From an uncultured Pseudomonadota bacterium (lineage in GTDB: Bacteria; Pseudomonadota; Gammaproteobacteria; Burkholderiales; Burkholderiaceae_C), in contig CAWJOT010000001.1 in NCBI GenBank assembly GCA_963844495.1, positions 29,767 to 93,766 of the forward strand: a stretch of DNA of 64,000 nt. The letters run 5' to 3'. Below the pieces are notes generated by a model. The model was not told the origin of the DNA, did not search any database, and worked only from the letters and a program-made list of their open reading frames with translations. Numbering within the stretch: position 1 is the first letter of the stretch; every line of letters begins with the position of its first letter. This document shows positions 9,457 through 21,965 of the stretch, one piece after another. A program made the translations under genes and the position numbers.

Positions 9457-10249
9457 AAGCCTGGCATTGAACTGTTTGAGCCCGGCGAGCAAGGCCGCGT
9501 AGGCCGGACCCGCCAGCACCGGATCTCCCTTGACACCCAATTCAATGTGGCGGCCATATTGTGGATGGTCGACGCTGGGCAGGCTAAACACCTTGACTGC
9601 AGGAAAATCGCGCTCGATCGCCTGCATCAACGGCGTCAGCGCGGCTTCCATTGCGCCAAAGACCACCACCGACCGTTCTACCCAGGCCGCGCTGCGGTGC
9701 AGGTGCGAATACACTTTGTCAAGCACCCATTCAATCATGGGCCACGCCATGACCGGAAACCCGGGCACGAAGTAGATGCCCCCAGCACCCTCCCCCAGCA
9801 CAAGAAAAACCGGGAATCTTGTTGAATGGGTTAGGGATGATGTTCGCGCCCACGGGAAACATGCCCATGTTCAGCCGATGAATGTTGTCCGGGTGATCGG
9901 GCTCGTAGACCGTTGCCTGCTCTCTGGCAATGTCTTGCATGCGCTGGCGAATCAGAGCCTCGGCCTCACCATGCAACGCCAATTCGACGCCCAGCGCCCG
10001 AGCCGCGCACTGGCGGGTATGGTCGTCGGGCGTTGCGCCAATTCCGCCGGTTGAAAACACAATATCACCACTGGCGAACGCGCGCTTCAACGTCGATGTA
10101 ATTCGTGATGGGGAATCGCCAACATAGTCGGCCCATGCCAGTTGCAAGCCGCGTACCTTGAGCAATTCAATCACCTTTGGCAGGTGCTTGTCGGCGCGCT
10201 TGCCCGAGAGAATTTCGTCGCCGATGATGATCAGACCAAATGCTGGCAT
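9433..10249 (-). pseudogene. CinA-like molybdopterin-binding/competence-damage protein, frameshifted near 9780-9800
   Basis: N-part 10249..9731 (IIGDEILSG, TGGIGATPDDHT, IPGFS) and C-part 9801..9433 (FVPGFPVMAWPM) are in different frames; may be a sequencing error. Confidence 0.75.
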
Positions 10250-10253
10250 GGCG

Positions 10254-11147
10254 TTAGCCCTGTGATGCGGATTTCGGCTCCTCGGGCCATGTCAGCGCCG
10301 CGGTCGCGTTCGACGCTGGCACAGCGACGCCGCCTGAGCCGGGCTGCACAGCCGTTGCGGCGCGCAGCGCCTGCAACGCGGCCAGGCAGTAATGGGCAAA
10401 CCACAGTGACGAAAACGCAAACACCAAGGTATAGATCCAGATCGCCAGCGGCACCAGTACAACAAACGCCGCCGCGAACAATACGCCCGACGCCCAAAGC
10501 AAACTGGGCGCTGCGCCGAGATAGCCGCAAAAAACACCGATGCCCAGCAGCCGGGCACGGTGCCGTTGAAAAATCTCACGCCGCTCAGCTGCGCTGGCGT
10601 GGTCGGCCAATGCGTCAAACGCCATCACCCGATACGTTAACCAACCCCAGATCAGTGGCGGCAGCACCAGAATCAAGGGCGGCACCAACCACAGCGGCAT
10701 CGAGATGACGATTGCGCCCAGGGCCAGCAGCGCCGAGCCAAACGACCACAGCACGCTGGCCAGCACGGACCCCCCGTGCTTGCGTTCGAGCAGTCCGAAA
10801 CGCCGCTCGGCAACCAGGGCCGTCAGCGTCGGCGTCATCAGCACAGCCACCAGCAACAGCGATAACACCACAATCACCGGCGTCACGCAAAAGATCACGA
10901 TCAACGGTGCCAGAACGACTTTGAGCCGCCCCGCGCCGACGCCGTCAAGCCAGGCCCAGACCGAGCTGATGAATGGCAGCGTATCGAGCATGCCCCGGAC
11001 CCAATCAATGGCGGCTTCCCAGAAGAAATAGCCAAGCAGCAGGCCAAACGTGATCATCAGCACCAGCGGCAGAAACGACAGGGCAATGACCCGCGGACGC
11101 ACGCAGTAGGCGACGGCGCGCCAGAAGGAGTCAAAGAACAGATTCAT
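10254..11147 (-). CDS. EI24/CysZ-like membrane protein
   Basis: MNLFFDSFWRAVAYC, multiple TM segments, YRVMAFDALA. Confidence 0.8.
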   Translation of the reverse strand: MNLFFDSFWRAVAYCVRPRVIALSFLPLVLMITFGLLLGYFFWEAAIDWVRGMLDTLPFISSVWAWLDGVGAGRLKVVLAPLIVIFCVTPVIVVLSLLLVAVLMTPTLTALVAERRFGLLERKHGGSVLASVLWSFGSALLALGAIVISMPLWLVPPLILVLPPLIWGWLTYRVMAFDALADHASAAERREIFQRHRARLLGIGVFCGYLGAAPSLLWASGVLFAAAFVVLVPLAIWIYTLVFAFSSLWFAHYCLAALQALRAATAVQPGSGGVAVPASNATAALTWPEEPKSASQG

Positions 11148-11188
11148 GCCGTGAGCATAACCGCGTGCACAGCCGGTGTCACCGTCGC

Positions 11189-11932
11189 TCAGCTCCTGAT
11201 GCTGGCCACGTCTGTGGCACTCAACCACCGCCACTGCCCCGGCTGCAGGTCCACGGGCAAACGCAAAGTGCCAATCTGCGAGCGGTGCAGCGCCTCGACC
11301 CGATTACCCACCGCGGCGAGCATGCGCTTGACCTGGTGATACTTGCCCTGAGTTAAGGTCAAATGCAGCTGGTGGCTCGCCAACGCCTCACATGCAGCGG
11401 CGCGCACCGGTTTGGGGTCGTCGTCAAGGACCACGCCAGCCAGCAACTTGCCGAGCTGGGCCGCGTCCAGCGGATGCTTCACGGTGACCTCATACACCTT
11501 GGGCACGTGATGTCGCGGCGAACTCATGCGGTGGATGAATTGGCCATCGTCGGTCAACAGCAGCAGCCCGGTCGTGTCCTGGTCCAGCCGCCCCACCGCC
11601 TGTACGCCCTGCACCGCGCCCTTCTGCGGGCGCAAACGCAACGGCGAAGGCAGCAGCGTGTAGATGCTCGGATAGGTGGAAGGCTTTTGCGAACACTCGG
11701 TGGCCAGTGGCTTGTGCAGCATCAGGTAGGCCTTCTCGTGGTAGGCCCAGTCCACACCCTGGACCCGAAAACGCAAATCATGTGCTACAAATTCAGTAGC
11801 GGCCTGCGCACAGGTGACGGGCTCTACAGCCTCATTTGACTCATAAACCTGAACCAACCCCTGCTGGATCAACCCGGCACAGACGCGCCGCGTGCCAAAG
11901 CCCTGCGAATAGAGAACGTCCTGCAGTTGCAT
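11189..11932 (-). CDS. rsuA: 16S rRNA pseudouridine synthase (RsuA family)
   Basis: S4-like N-terminus, LMLHKP, GRLDQDTTGLLLLTDDG, GKYHQVKRM. Confidence 0.92.
   Translation of the reverse strand: MQLQDVLYSQGFGTRRVCAGLIQQGLVQVYESNEAVEPVTCAQAATEFVAHDLRFRVQGVDWAYHEKAYLMLHKPLATECSQKPSTYPSIYTLLPSPLRLRPQKGAVQGVQAVGRLDQDTTGLLLLTDDGQFIHRMSSPRHHVPKVYEVTVKHPLDAAQLGKLLAGVVLDDDPKPVRAAACEALASHQLHLTLTQGKYHQVKRMLAAVGNRVEALHRSQIGTLRLPVDLQPGQWRWLSATDVASIRS
11783..11846 (+). repeat. copy 3 of the 64-bp motif, inside rsuA (antisense)
   Basis: TGCTACAAATTCAGTAGC GGCCTG CGCACAGGTGACGGGCT CTACA GCCT CATTTGACTCATAA. Confidence 0.85.
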
Positions 11933-11992
11933 GGCGCGAGTATAGACAGCGCATCTGTCGCACGACCTGTGCACCAGCAGCGCAAACAGGCG

Positions 11993-12472
11993 TCAGCGCT
12001 GGTTGCTCAAGATCTCTGCGAACTCTGCGGCCGAGAGCGTAGAGGCCTGGGCAAACCCCGCCACCACGCGAACCGACATGGGTGCGATAACGAACAATGA
12101 AAAGTCGGAAAAACCAAACAGCTCGCGGCTATCAGGAAATCGCGACAGGTACGCGACTTTCGCCTGTTCATGACCAAAATCCGAATCGCGGCACTGCTGC
12201 GCGTGACCCTGAATGGTGATCCGGGCCGTGGCCTGGGCCGACACCTCGGCTGCAGGGAGCGCCATGGCCATCAGGCTCACTTGCGGATGCGCCAGCATAT
12301 CCTGGGTATGGGCGGCGAGTTGGCTCACATGAATGACCAAGCCCTGGCCGCCGGGAAGCACCGCATACGGGACCATGGAGACGAATGGCTGACCTTCTTG
12401 CAGCGTGCCCAAAGCAGCAACTTGTTGCGTTCGAAGGATTTGGCACAGTGTTGAGACCTGTTTCTTGTTCAT
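11993..12472 (-). CDS. pyridoxamine 5'-phosphate oxidase-like (HugZ-type split barrel) protein
   Basis: ALGTL, PFVSMVPY, SQLAAHT, RITIQG, FSDFSLF, VAGFAQA. Confidence 0.85.
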   Translation of the reverse strand: MNKKQVSTLCQILRTQQVAALGTLQEGQPFVSMVPYAVLPGGQGLVIHVSQLAAHTQDMLAHPQVSLMAMALPAAEVSAQATARITIQGHAQQCRDSDFGHEQAKVAYLSRFPDSRELFGFSDFSLFVIAPMSVRVVAGFAQASTLSAAEFAEILSNQR

Positions 12473-12533
12473 GGTGTTGTACCGCTATACGCCAACGATA
12501 TCCCTTGATGGCCATTTCGCCGCCCACCGCAGC

Positions 12534-13079
12534 CTAGCGCGACAGCGCCGCGGCGGCGATCTTTTTCAAGCCGTCAATGGCGACGCTCTGGTCCAGTTTC
12601 ATTCCCACGCAGCCGAAAACAAGCCAGTCACGTTTGCCCCTGAAGACGTTGACTTGAATGACGGGAAATGCGGCGCTGCCCATGTTGACCGTGTAGGCGC
12701 CATCGCCAAGTCCGGCAATATCTGCGGGCGTCGCCTTCAACTGCATGGCACCAGCCCTGGCCGCCTGGGGCGTGACACCGGAGGCGTCGCTCGGCGCACG
12801 CCGCGCCAGCAAAGAGACCGTGATGCGATCCCTGGCGGTAGCGCCCGACGAGGTGTAGGTGCACTGGGATACCGCAGCGAGCGTGGGCGAACTCTTCACG
12901 AGGGTCTTACCCGGCGTACCTGAATCAAACTTTCGCGGTGCAAAGGCGGCCTCCACATCGGCCTGCTTCAACATGCTGCAGGCATCCCATTTCTCCTCGG
13001 CCTGCGCCTGCGTAGCCATTGCAAGCCAGAGGCTCCCTATAGCCATTCCTGCCAGAGCCCGCCGTACGTATTGATTCAT
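12534..13079 (-). CDS. hypothetical exported protein
   Basis: Signal peptide ending AQA, DACSMLKQADV, CTY, GLGDGAY; coding-like codon use. Confidence 0.7.
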   Translation of the reverse strand: MNQYVRRALAGMAIGSLWLAMATQAQAEEKWDACSMLKQADVEAAFAPRKFDSGTPGKTLVKSSPTLAAVSQCTYTSSGATARDRITVSLLARRAPSDASGVTPQAARAGAMQLKATPADIAGLGDGAYTVNMGSAAFPVIQVNVFRGKRDWLVFGCVGMKLDQSVAIDGLKKIAAAALSR

Positions 13080-13310
13080 GAGTGGTTCCATAGGTACTGA
13101 AAACTACCGCAGGGGTTACATCTCAAACCCCGTATCCCACCCAGTATCGCACTGCGGCCGCAAGCTCTGCGGCAAGGATCATCGTTCGCTGCGCAACCGC
13201 ATGCGAACGGGTATCGGAAACTGCCAGTATTTTTTGGCGTGGAATCGAGTCGGCGCTCACCCGCCCTTCATGCGAATCCACACCTTGCTGCCCAATCCAG
13301 GAACGCCACC

Positions 13311-13392
13311 GGCAGAGGATGGGGTGTGGGGTCCCGCCGATTTTCTGGGCATTTGACAGCATGAGGCGGGGCCCCACACCCCGTCCTCTGCC
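13311..13392. repeat. long inverted repeat (28-bp arms, 26-nt loop)
   Basis: GGCAGAGGATGGGGTGTGGGGTCCCGCC / GGCGGGGCCCCACACCCCGTCCTCTGCC; two mismatches, both G-T on the + strand. Confidence 0.85.
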
Positions 13393-13419
13393 ACCACGAG
13401 AGCGCTGTTTCGTAACGCT

Positions 13420-14583
13420 TTATTTGGCGCCCGGCACCTTGCCCTGCACGCCTTTGACGTAGAAGTTCACGCCGCTGAGGAATTTGTCGTCAGCCACGGC
13501 GTCCTTGGCAACTTGCACTTTGCCCGTGTTGTCGACAATCGGCCCCTTCCAGATCGCGAAGCTGCCGTCGGCCAGACCCTTCTTGACTTCCTCCACCTTG
13601 GCCTTGGTCTCGGCCGGCACGTCTTCGGCGATCGAGACGATGTCAATGGCGCCTTCCTTCACACCCCACCAGGCGGCAGTGCCACCCTTCCAGGTGCCGT
13701 CAAGCGCTTCCTTCGTGGCCTTGATGTAGTAAGGGCCCCAGTTGATGATGCTTGAGGCAAGGTGCGCCTTCGGGCCGTAGGCCGTCATGTCTGAATCCCA
13801 GCCAAACGCGCGCTTGCCTTTGGCTTCGGCGGTCTTGAGGACGGCGGGCGAATCGGTGTTCTGGAACAGCACGTCGGCGCCGCCGTTGATCAGCGAGGTT
13901 GCGGCTTCTGTTTCCTTCGGCGGATTGAACCACTCGCCGACCCACACCACCTTGGTCTTGATCTTCGGGTTGCTCGATTGCGCGCCCAGGGTGAAACTGT
14001 TGATGTTGCGCACCACCTCGGGAATCGGTACCGAGGCCACGACACCAAGCGTGTTCGACTTGGTCATCTTGCCGGCGATGACGCCAGCCATGTAGGCGCC
14101 TTCGTAGGTACGACTGTCGTACGTGCGCATGTTCTCGGCCTGTTTGTAGCCGGTGGCATGCTCGAACTTCACGTCCTTGTTGTCGGCGGCGACTTTGAGC
14201 ATTGTCTCCATGTAGCCAAACGTAGTGCCAAAGATCAGCTTGTTGCCCTGACTCACCATGTCGCGGATTACGCGCTCGGCGTCCGCGGACTCGGGAACGC
14301 TTTCCACAAACGAGGTCTTTACCTTGTCGCCGAATTCCTTTTCGATTGCCTTTCGGCCGTTGTCATGCGCGAAGGTCCAGCCGCCGTCGCCCACCGGGCC
14401 AACGTAGGCGAACGCAATTTTCAGTGGTTCGGCTTTGGGCGCCGAGGCCGCGGCCACGGGAGCCGGCGCAGCAGCGGGGGCTGGTGCCGCCTCTTCCTTC
14501 TTGCCGCAGCCTACCAGCGCAGCGGAGGCAACGGCCGAGAGTGTCGCAATTTTGAGCAATGAACGTAGTTGCAAGTCGGTCAT
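13420..14583 (-). CDS. BMP-family ABC substrate-binding lipoprotein (probably purine/nucleoside)
   Basis: Lipobox LVGC, YVGPVGDGGWTFAH, GTTFGY, FEHATG. Confidence 0.93.
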   Translation of the reverse strand: MTDLQLRSLLKIATLSAVASAALVGCGKKEEAAPAPAAAPAPVAAASAPKAEPLKIAFAYVGPVGDGGWTFAHDNGRKAIEKEFGDKVKTSFVESVPESADAERVIRDMVSQGNKLIFGTTFGYMETMLKVAADNKDVKFEHATGYKQAENMRTYDSRTYEGAYMAGVIAGKMTKSNTLGVVASVPIPEVVRNINSFTLGAQSSNPKIKTKVVWVGEWFNPPKETEAATSLINGGADVLFQNTDSPAVLKTAEAKGKRAFGWDSDMTAYGPKAHLASSIINWGPYYIKATKEALDGTWKGGTAAWWGVKEGAIDIVSIAEDVPAETKAKVEEVKKGLADGSFAIWKGPIVDNTGKVQVAKDAVADDKFLSGVNFYVKGVQGKVPGAK

Positions 14584-14646
14584 GGGAGTTCTTTCCTTCG
14601 AAGGGTTGTGAGGGATAGGTAAAGGTGGAATTATGAACCGGAAAAT

Positions 14647-15567
14647 TCAGTTGCCTGGATAGAACGGCTTGCCAATCGAGGCCGGCATATTGATACGGAT
14701 CCAGCGCGGGTTGCGCGAAATGAGGGCCAGCACGACGATCGTCGCAAGATAGGGCAACATTGTCAGCAACTGGCTGGGCAGATCCACACCGATGCCCTGC
14801 AAATGAAATTGCAGCATCGTTACGCCGCCAAACAGGTAAGCACCCAGCAATACGCGGGCTGGCCGCCAAGTGGCGAATGTCGTCAACGCGAGCGCGATCC
14901 AGCCTTTGCCTGCCACCATGCCCTCAACCCACAACGGCGTATAGATGATCGAGACATAGGCACCGGCCAACCCGCACAGGGCGCCGCCCGCGACCACTGC
15001 CGCCAGCCTGATGCGGCGCACCGGATAGCCCAGCGCATGCGCCGACTCGGGGCTCTCCCCGACACTGCGCAACACCAGGCCAGAGCGCGTACGGTACAGG
15101 AACCAGATCAGGGCGAATGCAAACGCAGCGGTCAGGTAGACCAGGGGATGGTGCCGGAACAGTGCTGCCCCCAACCACGGGATATCGCCCAAATTGGGAA
15201 TGGCAAAGTCCACCCGTTCAGGAATTCTCTGCTGCACGTACCCGATGCCGACGAAGGCAGAAAAACCAGCCCCGAACAGACTGACCGCCAAACCCGTCGC
15301 GTACTGGTTCGCATTGAGCCAGATCACCAGCAGACCGAATAGCATGGCCAACAGCGCACCCGCGCCCATACCGGCGGCGAAACCCAGCAAATCGCTGCCG
15401 CTATGCACAACTGCGGCAAAACCGGCAATGGCCGAGCACAGCATCATGCCCTCGGTGCCCAGATTCACGATACCGGCCTTCTCGTTGATCAGCATCCCCA
15501 GCGACGCCAGGGCAAGTACGGTACCCGCGTTGAGCGTAGCGGCCACCAGCAGAGCATACGATTCCAT
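14647..15567 (-). CDS. nucleoside-type ABC permease
   Basis: EKAGIVNLGTEG, LRSVGESPESA, GKGWIALA. Confidence 0.92.
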   Translation of the reverse strand: MESYALLVAATLNAGTVLALASLGMLINEKAGIVNLGTEGMMLCSAIAGFAAVVHSGSDLLGFAAGMGAGALLAMLFGLLVIWLNANQYATGLAVSLFGAGFSAFVGIGYVQQRIPERVDFAIPNLGDIPWLGAALFRHHPLVYLTAAFAFALIWFLYRTRSGLVLRSVGESPESAHALGYPVRRIRLAAVVAGGALCGLAGAYVSIIYTPLWVEGMVAGKGWIALALTTFATWRPARVLLGAYLFGGVTMLQFHLQGIGVDLPSQLLTMLPYLATIVVLALISRNPRWIRINMPASIGKPFYPGN

Positions 15568-16608
15568 CACTTGCCCCACTTCAAACGGTAGTTGACCAGC
15601 GTATCGCACGCCAGCAGGCTAAACAGCAGCAGCCCCTGGAACACACCGGTGAGCGATTTGGGCAGCCCCAGGCGCGATTGGGCCAGTTCGCCGCCGATGT
15701 AGAACATGCTCATCAGCACGGCTGAAAACACCATGCCGACCGGATGCAATCGTCCAACGAAAGCGACGATGATCGCAGCAAAGCCGTAACCGGCCGGAAC
15801 GTACGGTGTCAATTGCCCGATCGGGCCCGCGACTTCAAGCGCACCGGCCAGGCCAGCCAGGCCACCCGAAACAAGGAGCGCGACCCACAAGGCCCGGCGC
15901 GAGGAAAAACCAGCGTAACGGGCCGCCGCTGGCGCCAGACCACCGACCTGCTGGGCAAAACCGGCGCGCGTTCTAAACAGGAACAACCAGGTTCCGACCA
16001 CCGCCACTGCCGCGAAGAAAACGCCAATGCTGATGCGCGAACCTTGGATCAGACGTGGAATGCGTGTCACCAGATCAAAATTCTTGGTCTGTGGGAAGTT
16101 GTACCCCTGCGGATCCTTCCACGGGCCCGACACCAGGTAGCCGAGCACCTGCACCGCCACATAAACCAGCATCAGGCTGACCAGAATTTCATTGGCATGG
16201 AAGCGCTCTCGCAACCAGGCTGTGATGGCCGCCCAGAACATCCCGCCCAGGATGCCCGCGAGGATGATGGGAATCACAATGAGTGTGCTGGTGGTCCGAT
16301 CCGCCAGCAGCGCGACACCACCTCCGGCAATCGCGCCAAGCACATACTGGCCTTCGGCACCAATGTTCCAGATGTTGGAACGAAAACACACAGCCAGCCC
16401 CAACGCAATCAACAGCAAAGGCGTCGCCTTCACCGTGAGTTCACCCAGGGCGTAAGGGGTTCTGATGGGCTCCCAGAAGAACACGAGCAGACTGCTCACA
16501 GGGTCCTTGCCCAAAGCGCTGAACAGCAGCGTTCCGAGCCCCACCGTGACGACCAAGGCGAGCAGAGGCGAGGCGTAGCCCCAAACAGCCGAGGGTTCGC
16601 GCCTGGCC

Positions 16609-16622
<14 letters not shown>
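15567..16622 (-). CDS. nucleoside-type ABC permease
   Basis: WNIGAEGQ, ANEILVSLML, GYGFAAIIVAFVGRL. Confidence 0.92.
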
Positions 16623-19612
<2,990 letters not shown>

Positions 19613-19614
19613 TC

Positions 19615-20652
19615 ATGAAAAGCGCCAACAACATGAAGAAGACCCCGATGACCATGATCCAGGCGTTGCGCTCGGCGATGGATGTCATGCTAGAGCGCGA
19701 TGACAACGTCGTCGTATACGGCCAGGACGTAGGCTATTTCGGCGGCGTGTTCCGCTGCACCGAAGGCTTGCAGAAAAAATACGGAAAATCACGCGTTTTT
19801 GATGCGCCCATCTCCGAAGGCGGCATCGTCGGCACCGCTGTCGGCATGGGTGCCTATGGGCTGAGGCCCGTGGTGGAAATCCAGTTTGCCGACTATTTCT
19901 ATCCCGCCAGCGACCAGATCGTCTCGGAAGCAGCGCGCTTGCGCTACCGCTCAGCCGGGGACTTTACCGCCCCCATTACCATCCGCATGCCGTGCGGTGG
20001 CGGCATTTATGGCGGGCAAACCCACAGCCAGAGCCCGGAAGCCCTGTTCACCCAGGTTTGCGGTCTGCGCACGGTGATGCCCTCCAACCCGTATGACGCC
20101 AAGGGTTTGCTGATTGCTTCGATCGAAAACGACGATCCGGTGATCTTTCTCGAGCCCAAACGCCTGTACAACGGGCCGTTCGACGGTCACCACGACAAGC
20201 CCGTCGTACCTTGGTCCAAGCACCCCCTGGGTGAAGTGCCCGAGGGTTACTACACCGTGCCACTGGACTCGGCCGCGGTGGTCCGTCCCGGGGCCGCGCT
20301 CACGGTCATTGCCTACGGCACCATGGTCCACGTGGCCCAGGCAGCTGCGCAGGAGAGCGGTATCGATGCCGAGATCATCGACCTGCGCAGCATCTGGCCG
20401 CTTGATCTCGACACACTGGTGGCCTCCGTCAAGAAGAACGGCCGCTGCGTCATCGTGCATGAAGCGACTCGCACCAGCGGCTTTGGCTCGGAGTTGATCG
20501 CACTGATTCAGGAGCACTGCTTCTATCACCTTGAAGCCCCGATTGAGCGGGTGACCGGTTGGGACACTCCCTATCCGCATGCCCAGGAATGGGCGTATTT
20601 TCCGGGCCCGGCGCGGGTCGCAGCCGCGTTCAAGCGCGTGATGGAGGCATGA
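19615..20652 (+). CDS. bkdA2: 2-oxoisovalerate dehydrogenase E1 beta
   Basis: GQDVGYFGGVFR, EIQFADY, GGQTHSQS. Confidence 0.95.
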   Translation: MKSANNMKKTPMTMIQALRSAMDVMLERDDNVVVYGQDVGYFGGVFRCTEGLQKKYGKSRVFDAPISEGGIVGTAVGMGAYGLRPVVEIQFADYFYPASDQIVSEAARLRYRSAGDFTAPITIRMPCGGGIYGGQTHSQSPEALFTQVCGLRTVMPSNPYDAKGLLIASIENDDPVIFLEPKRLYNGPFDGHHDKPVVPWSKHPLGEVPEGYYTVPLDSAAVVRPGAALTVIAYGTMVHVAQAAAQESGIDAEIIDLRSIWPLDLDTLVASVKKNGRCVIVHEATRTSGFGSELIALIQEHCFYHLEAPIERVTGWDTPYPHAQEWAYFPGPARVAAAFKRVMEA

Positions 20653-21962
20653 TGGGAATTCAAATTATCAAGATGCCAGATATCGGTGAAGGCATTGCCG
20701 AGGTCGAACTGGTGGCCTGGCACGTCAAGGTCGGGGACCTTGTCGCGGAGGACCAGATTCTGGCCGACGTGATGACGGACAAGGCAACCGTAGAGATCCC
20801 ATCGTCGGTAAGCGGCAAGGTCCTTGCGCTCGGCGGTGCGGTCGGCCAGGTGATGGCGGTGGGCTCGGAAGTTATCCGCATTGAAGTCGAAGGCGCGGGT
20901 AACCTCAAGGACGGACCCACGACGGCGAAACCGGCCGGGATAGCCGCTGTGCCAGCCGAACCCGAAGCAGTTGCATCGGCGCCCGCAGCAGCGCAAGTCT
21001 CAATCAGCGCCACCGCCTCCAAACCGGCACCCCTGTCCCACGCAGACAGCGTGTCTGCGCCGCACGCTCGCCAACCTGGCGACAAGCCAATCGCCTCGCC
21101 CGCAGTTCGCCGCCGTGCCTGGGAGTTGGGCATCGAGTTGCAGTTTGTTCCTGGCAGCGGGTCGGCCAACCGGATCACGCACGAGGACTTGACTGCGTAC
21201 GCCCAACGCGCTGCGCAACATGCCGGGTCGCTCGGCCAGGCCGATGGGCGCTATGCCCAGCGCGATGCCGAGGAGGCGATCCCGGTGATCGGGCTGCGCC
21301 GAAAGATCGCGCAAAAGATGCAGGAGTCCAAGCGCCGCATTCCGCATTTCACTTACGTCGAAGAAGTCGATGTCACGGAGCTCGAAGCCCTGCGTGCGAG
21401 CCTCAATACGAAGTACAACAAGGCGCGCGCGCGATTGACGATGCTGCCGTTCCTGATGCGTGCGGTGGTGCTGGCAGTGCGTGAGTTTCCTCAGATCAAT
21501 GCGCGCTATGACGACGAGGCCGCGGTCGCAACTCGCTACAGCGCCGTGCATCTGGGCATGGCGACGCAGACCGAGGGCGGCCTGATGGTGCCGGTGGTGC
21601 GTCACGCCGAAACGCTCGACCCGTGGGCCTGCGCCACTGAAGTAGCGCGCCTGGCAGAGGCCGCGCGCAGCGGCAAGGCCACGCGTGACGAGCTCTCGGG
21701 CTCGACGATCACCATCACCAGCCTGGGCGCCTTGGGGGGCTTGGTCAGCACGCCCGTGATCAACCATCCGGAAGTCGCCATCATCGGTATCAACCGGATG
21801 GTCGAGCGCCCGATGATTCGCAACGGAGCCGTGGTCGCCAGGCAAATGATGAACCTGTCGTCGTCGTTCGACCACCGGGTGGTCGACGGTATGCATGCCG
21901 CAGAGTTTGTCCAGTTGCTGCGCGCTTACCTGGAGTGCCCGGCAACGCTGTTTGTGGAGTAG
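20649..21962 (+). CDS. bkdB: dihydrolipoamide acyltransferase E2
   Basis: PDIGEGIAE, MTDKA lipoyl Lys, ASPAVRR, FDHRVVDG. Confidence 0.95.
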   Translation: MMGIQIIKMPDIGEGIAEVELVAWHVKVGDLVAEDQILADVMTDKATVEIPSSVSGKVLALGGAVGQVMAVGSEVIRIEVEGAGNLKDGPTTAKPAGIAAVPAEPEAVASAPAAAQVSISATASKPAPLSHADSVSAPHARQPGDKPIASPAVRRRAWELGIELQFVPGSGSANRITHEDLTAYAQRAAQHAGSLGQADGRYAQRDAEEAIPVIGLRRKIAQKMQESKRRIPHFTYVEEVDVTELEALRASLNTKYNKARARLTMLPFLMRAVVLAVREFPQINARYDDEAAVATRYSAVHLGMATQTEGGLMVPVVRHAETLDPWACATEVARLAEAARSGKATRDELSGSTITITSLGALGGLVSTPVINHPEVAIIGINRMVERPMIRNGAVVARQMMNLSSSFDHRVVDGMHAAEFVQLLRAYLECPATLFVE

Positions 21963-21965
21963 AAG

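Noticed and set aside
12128-12190. GCTAT-N6-ATCGC...GACCAAAAT as a motif copy
   Set aside because: Palindrome spacing is off by one and the middle block does not match.
13078-13377. Short ORFs on both strands in the intergenic gap
   Set aside because: No SD, no motif, and atypical codon use; no recognisable transposase remnant.
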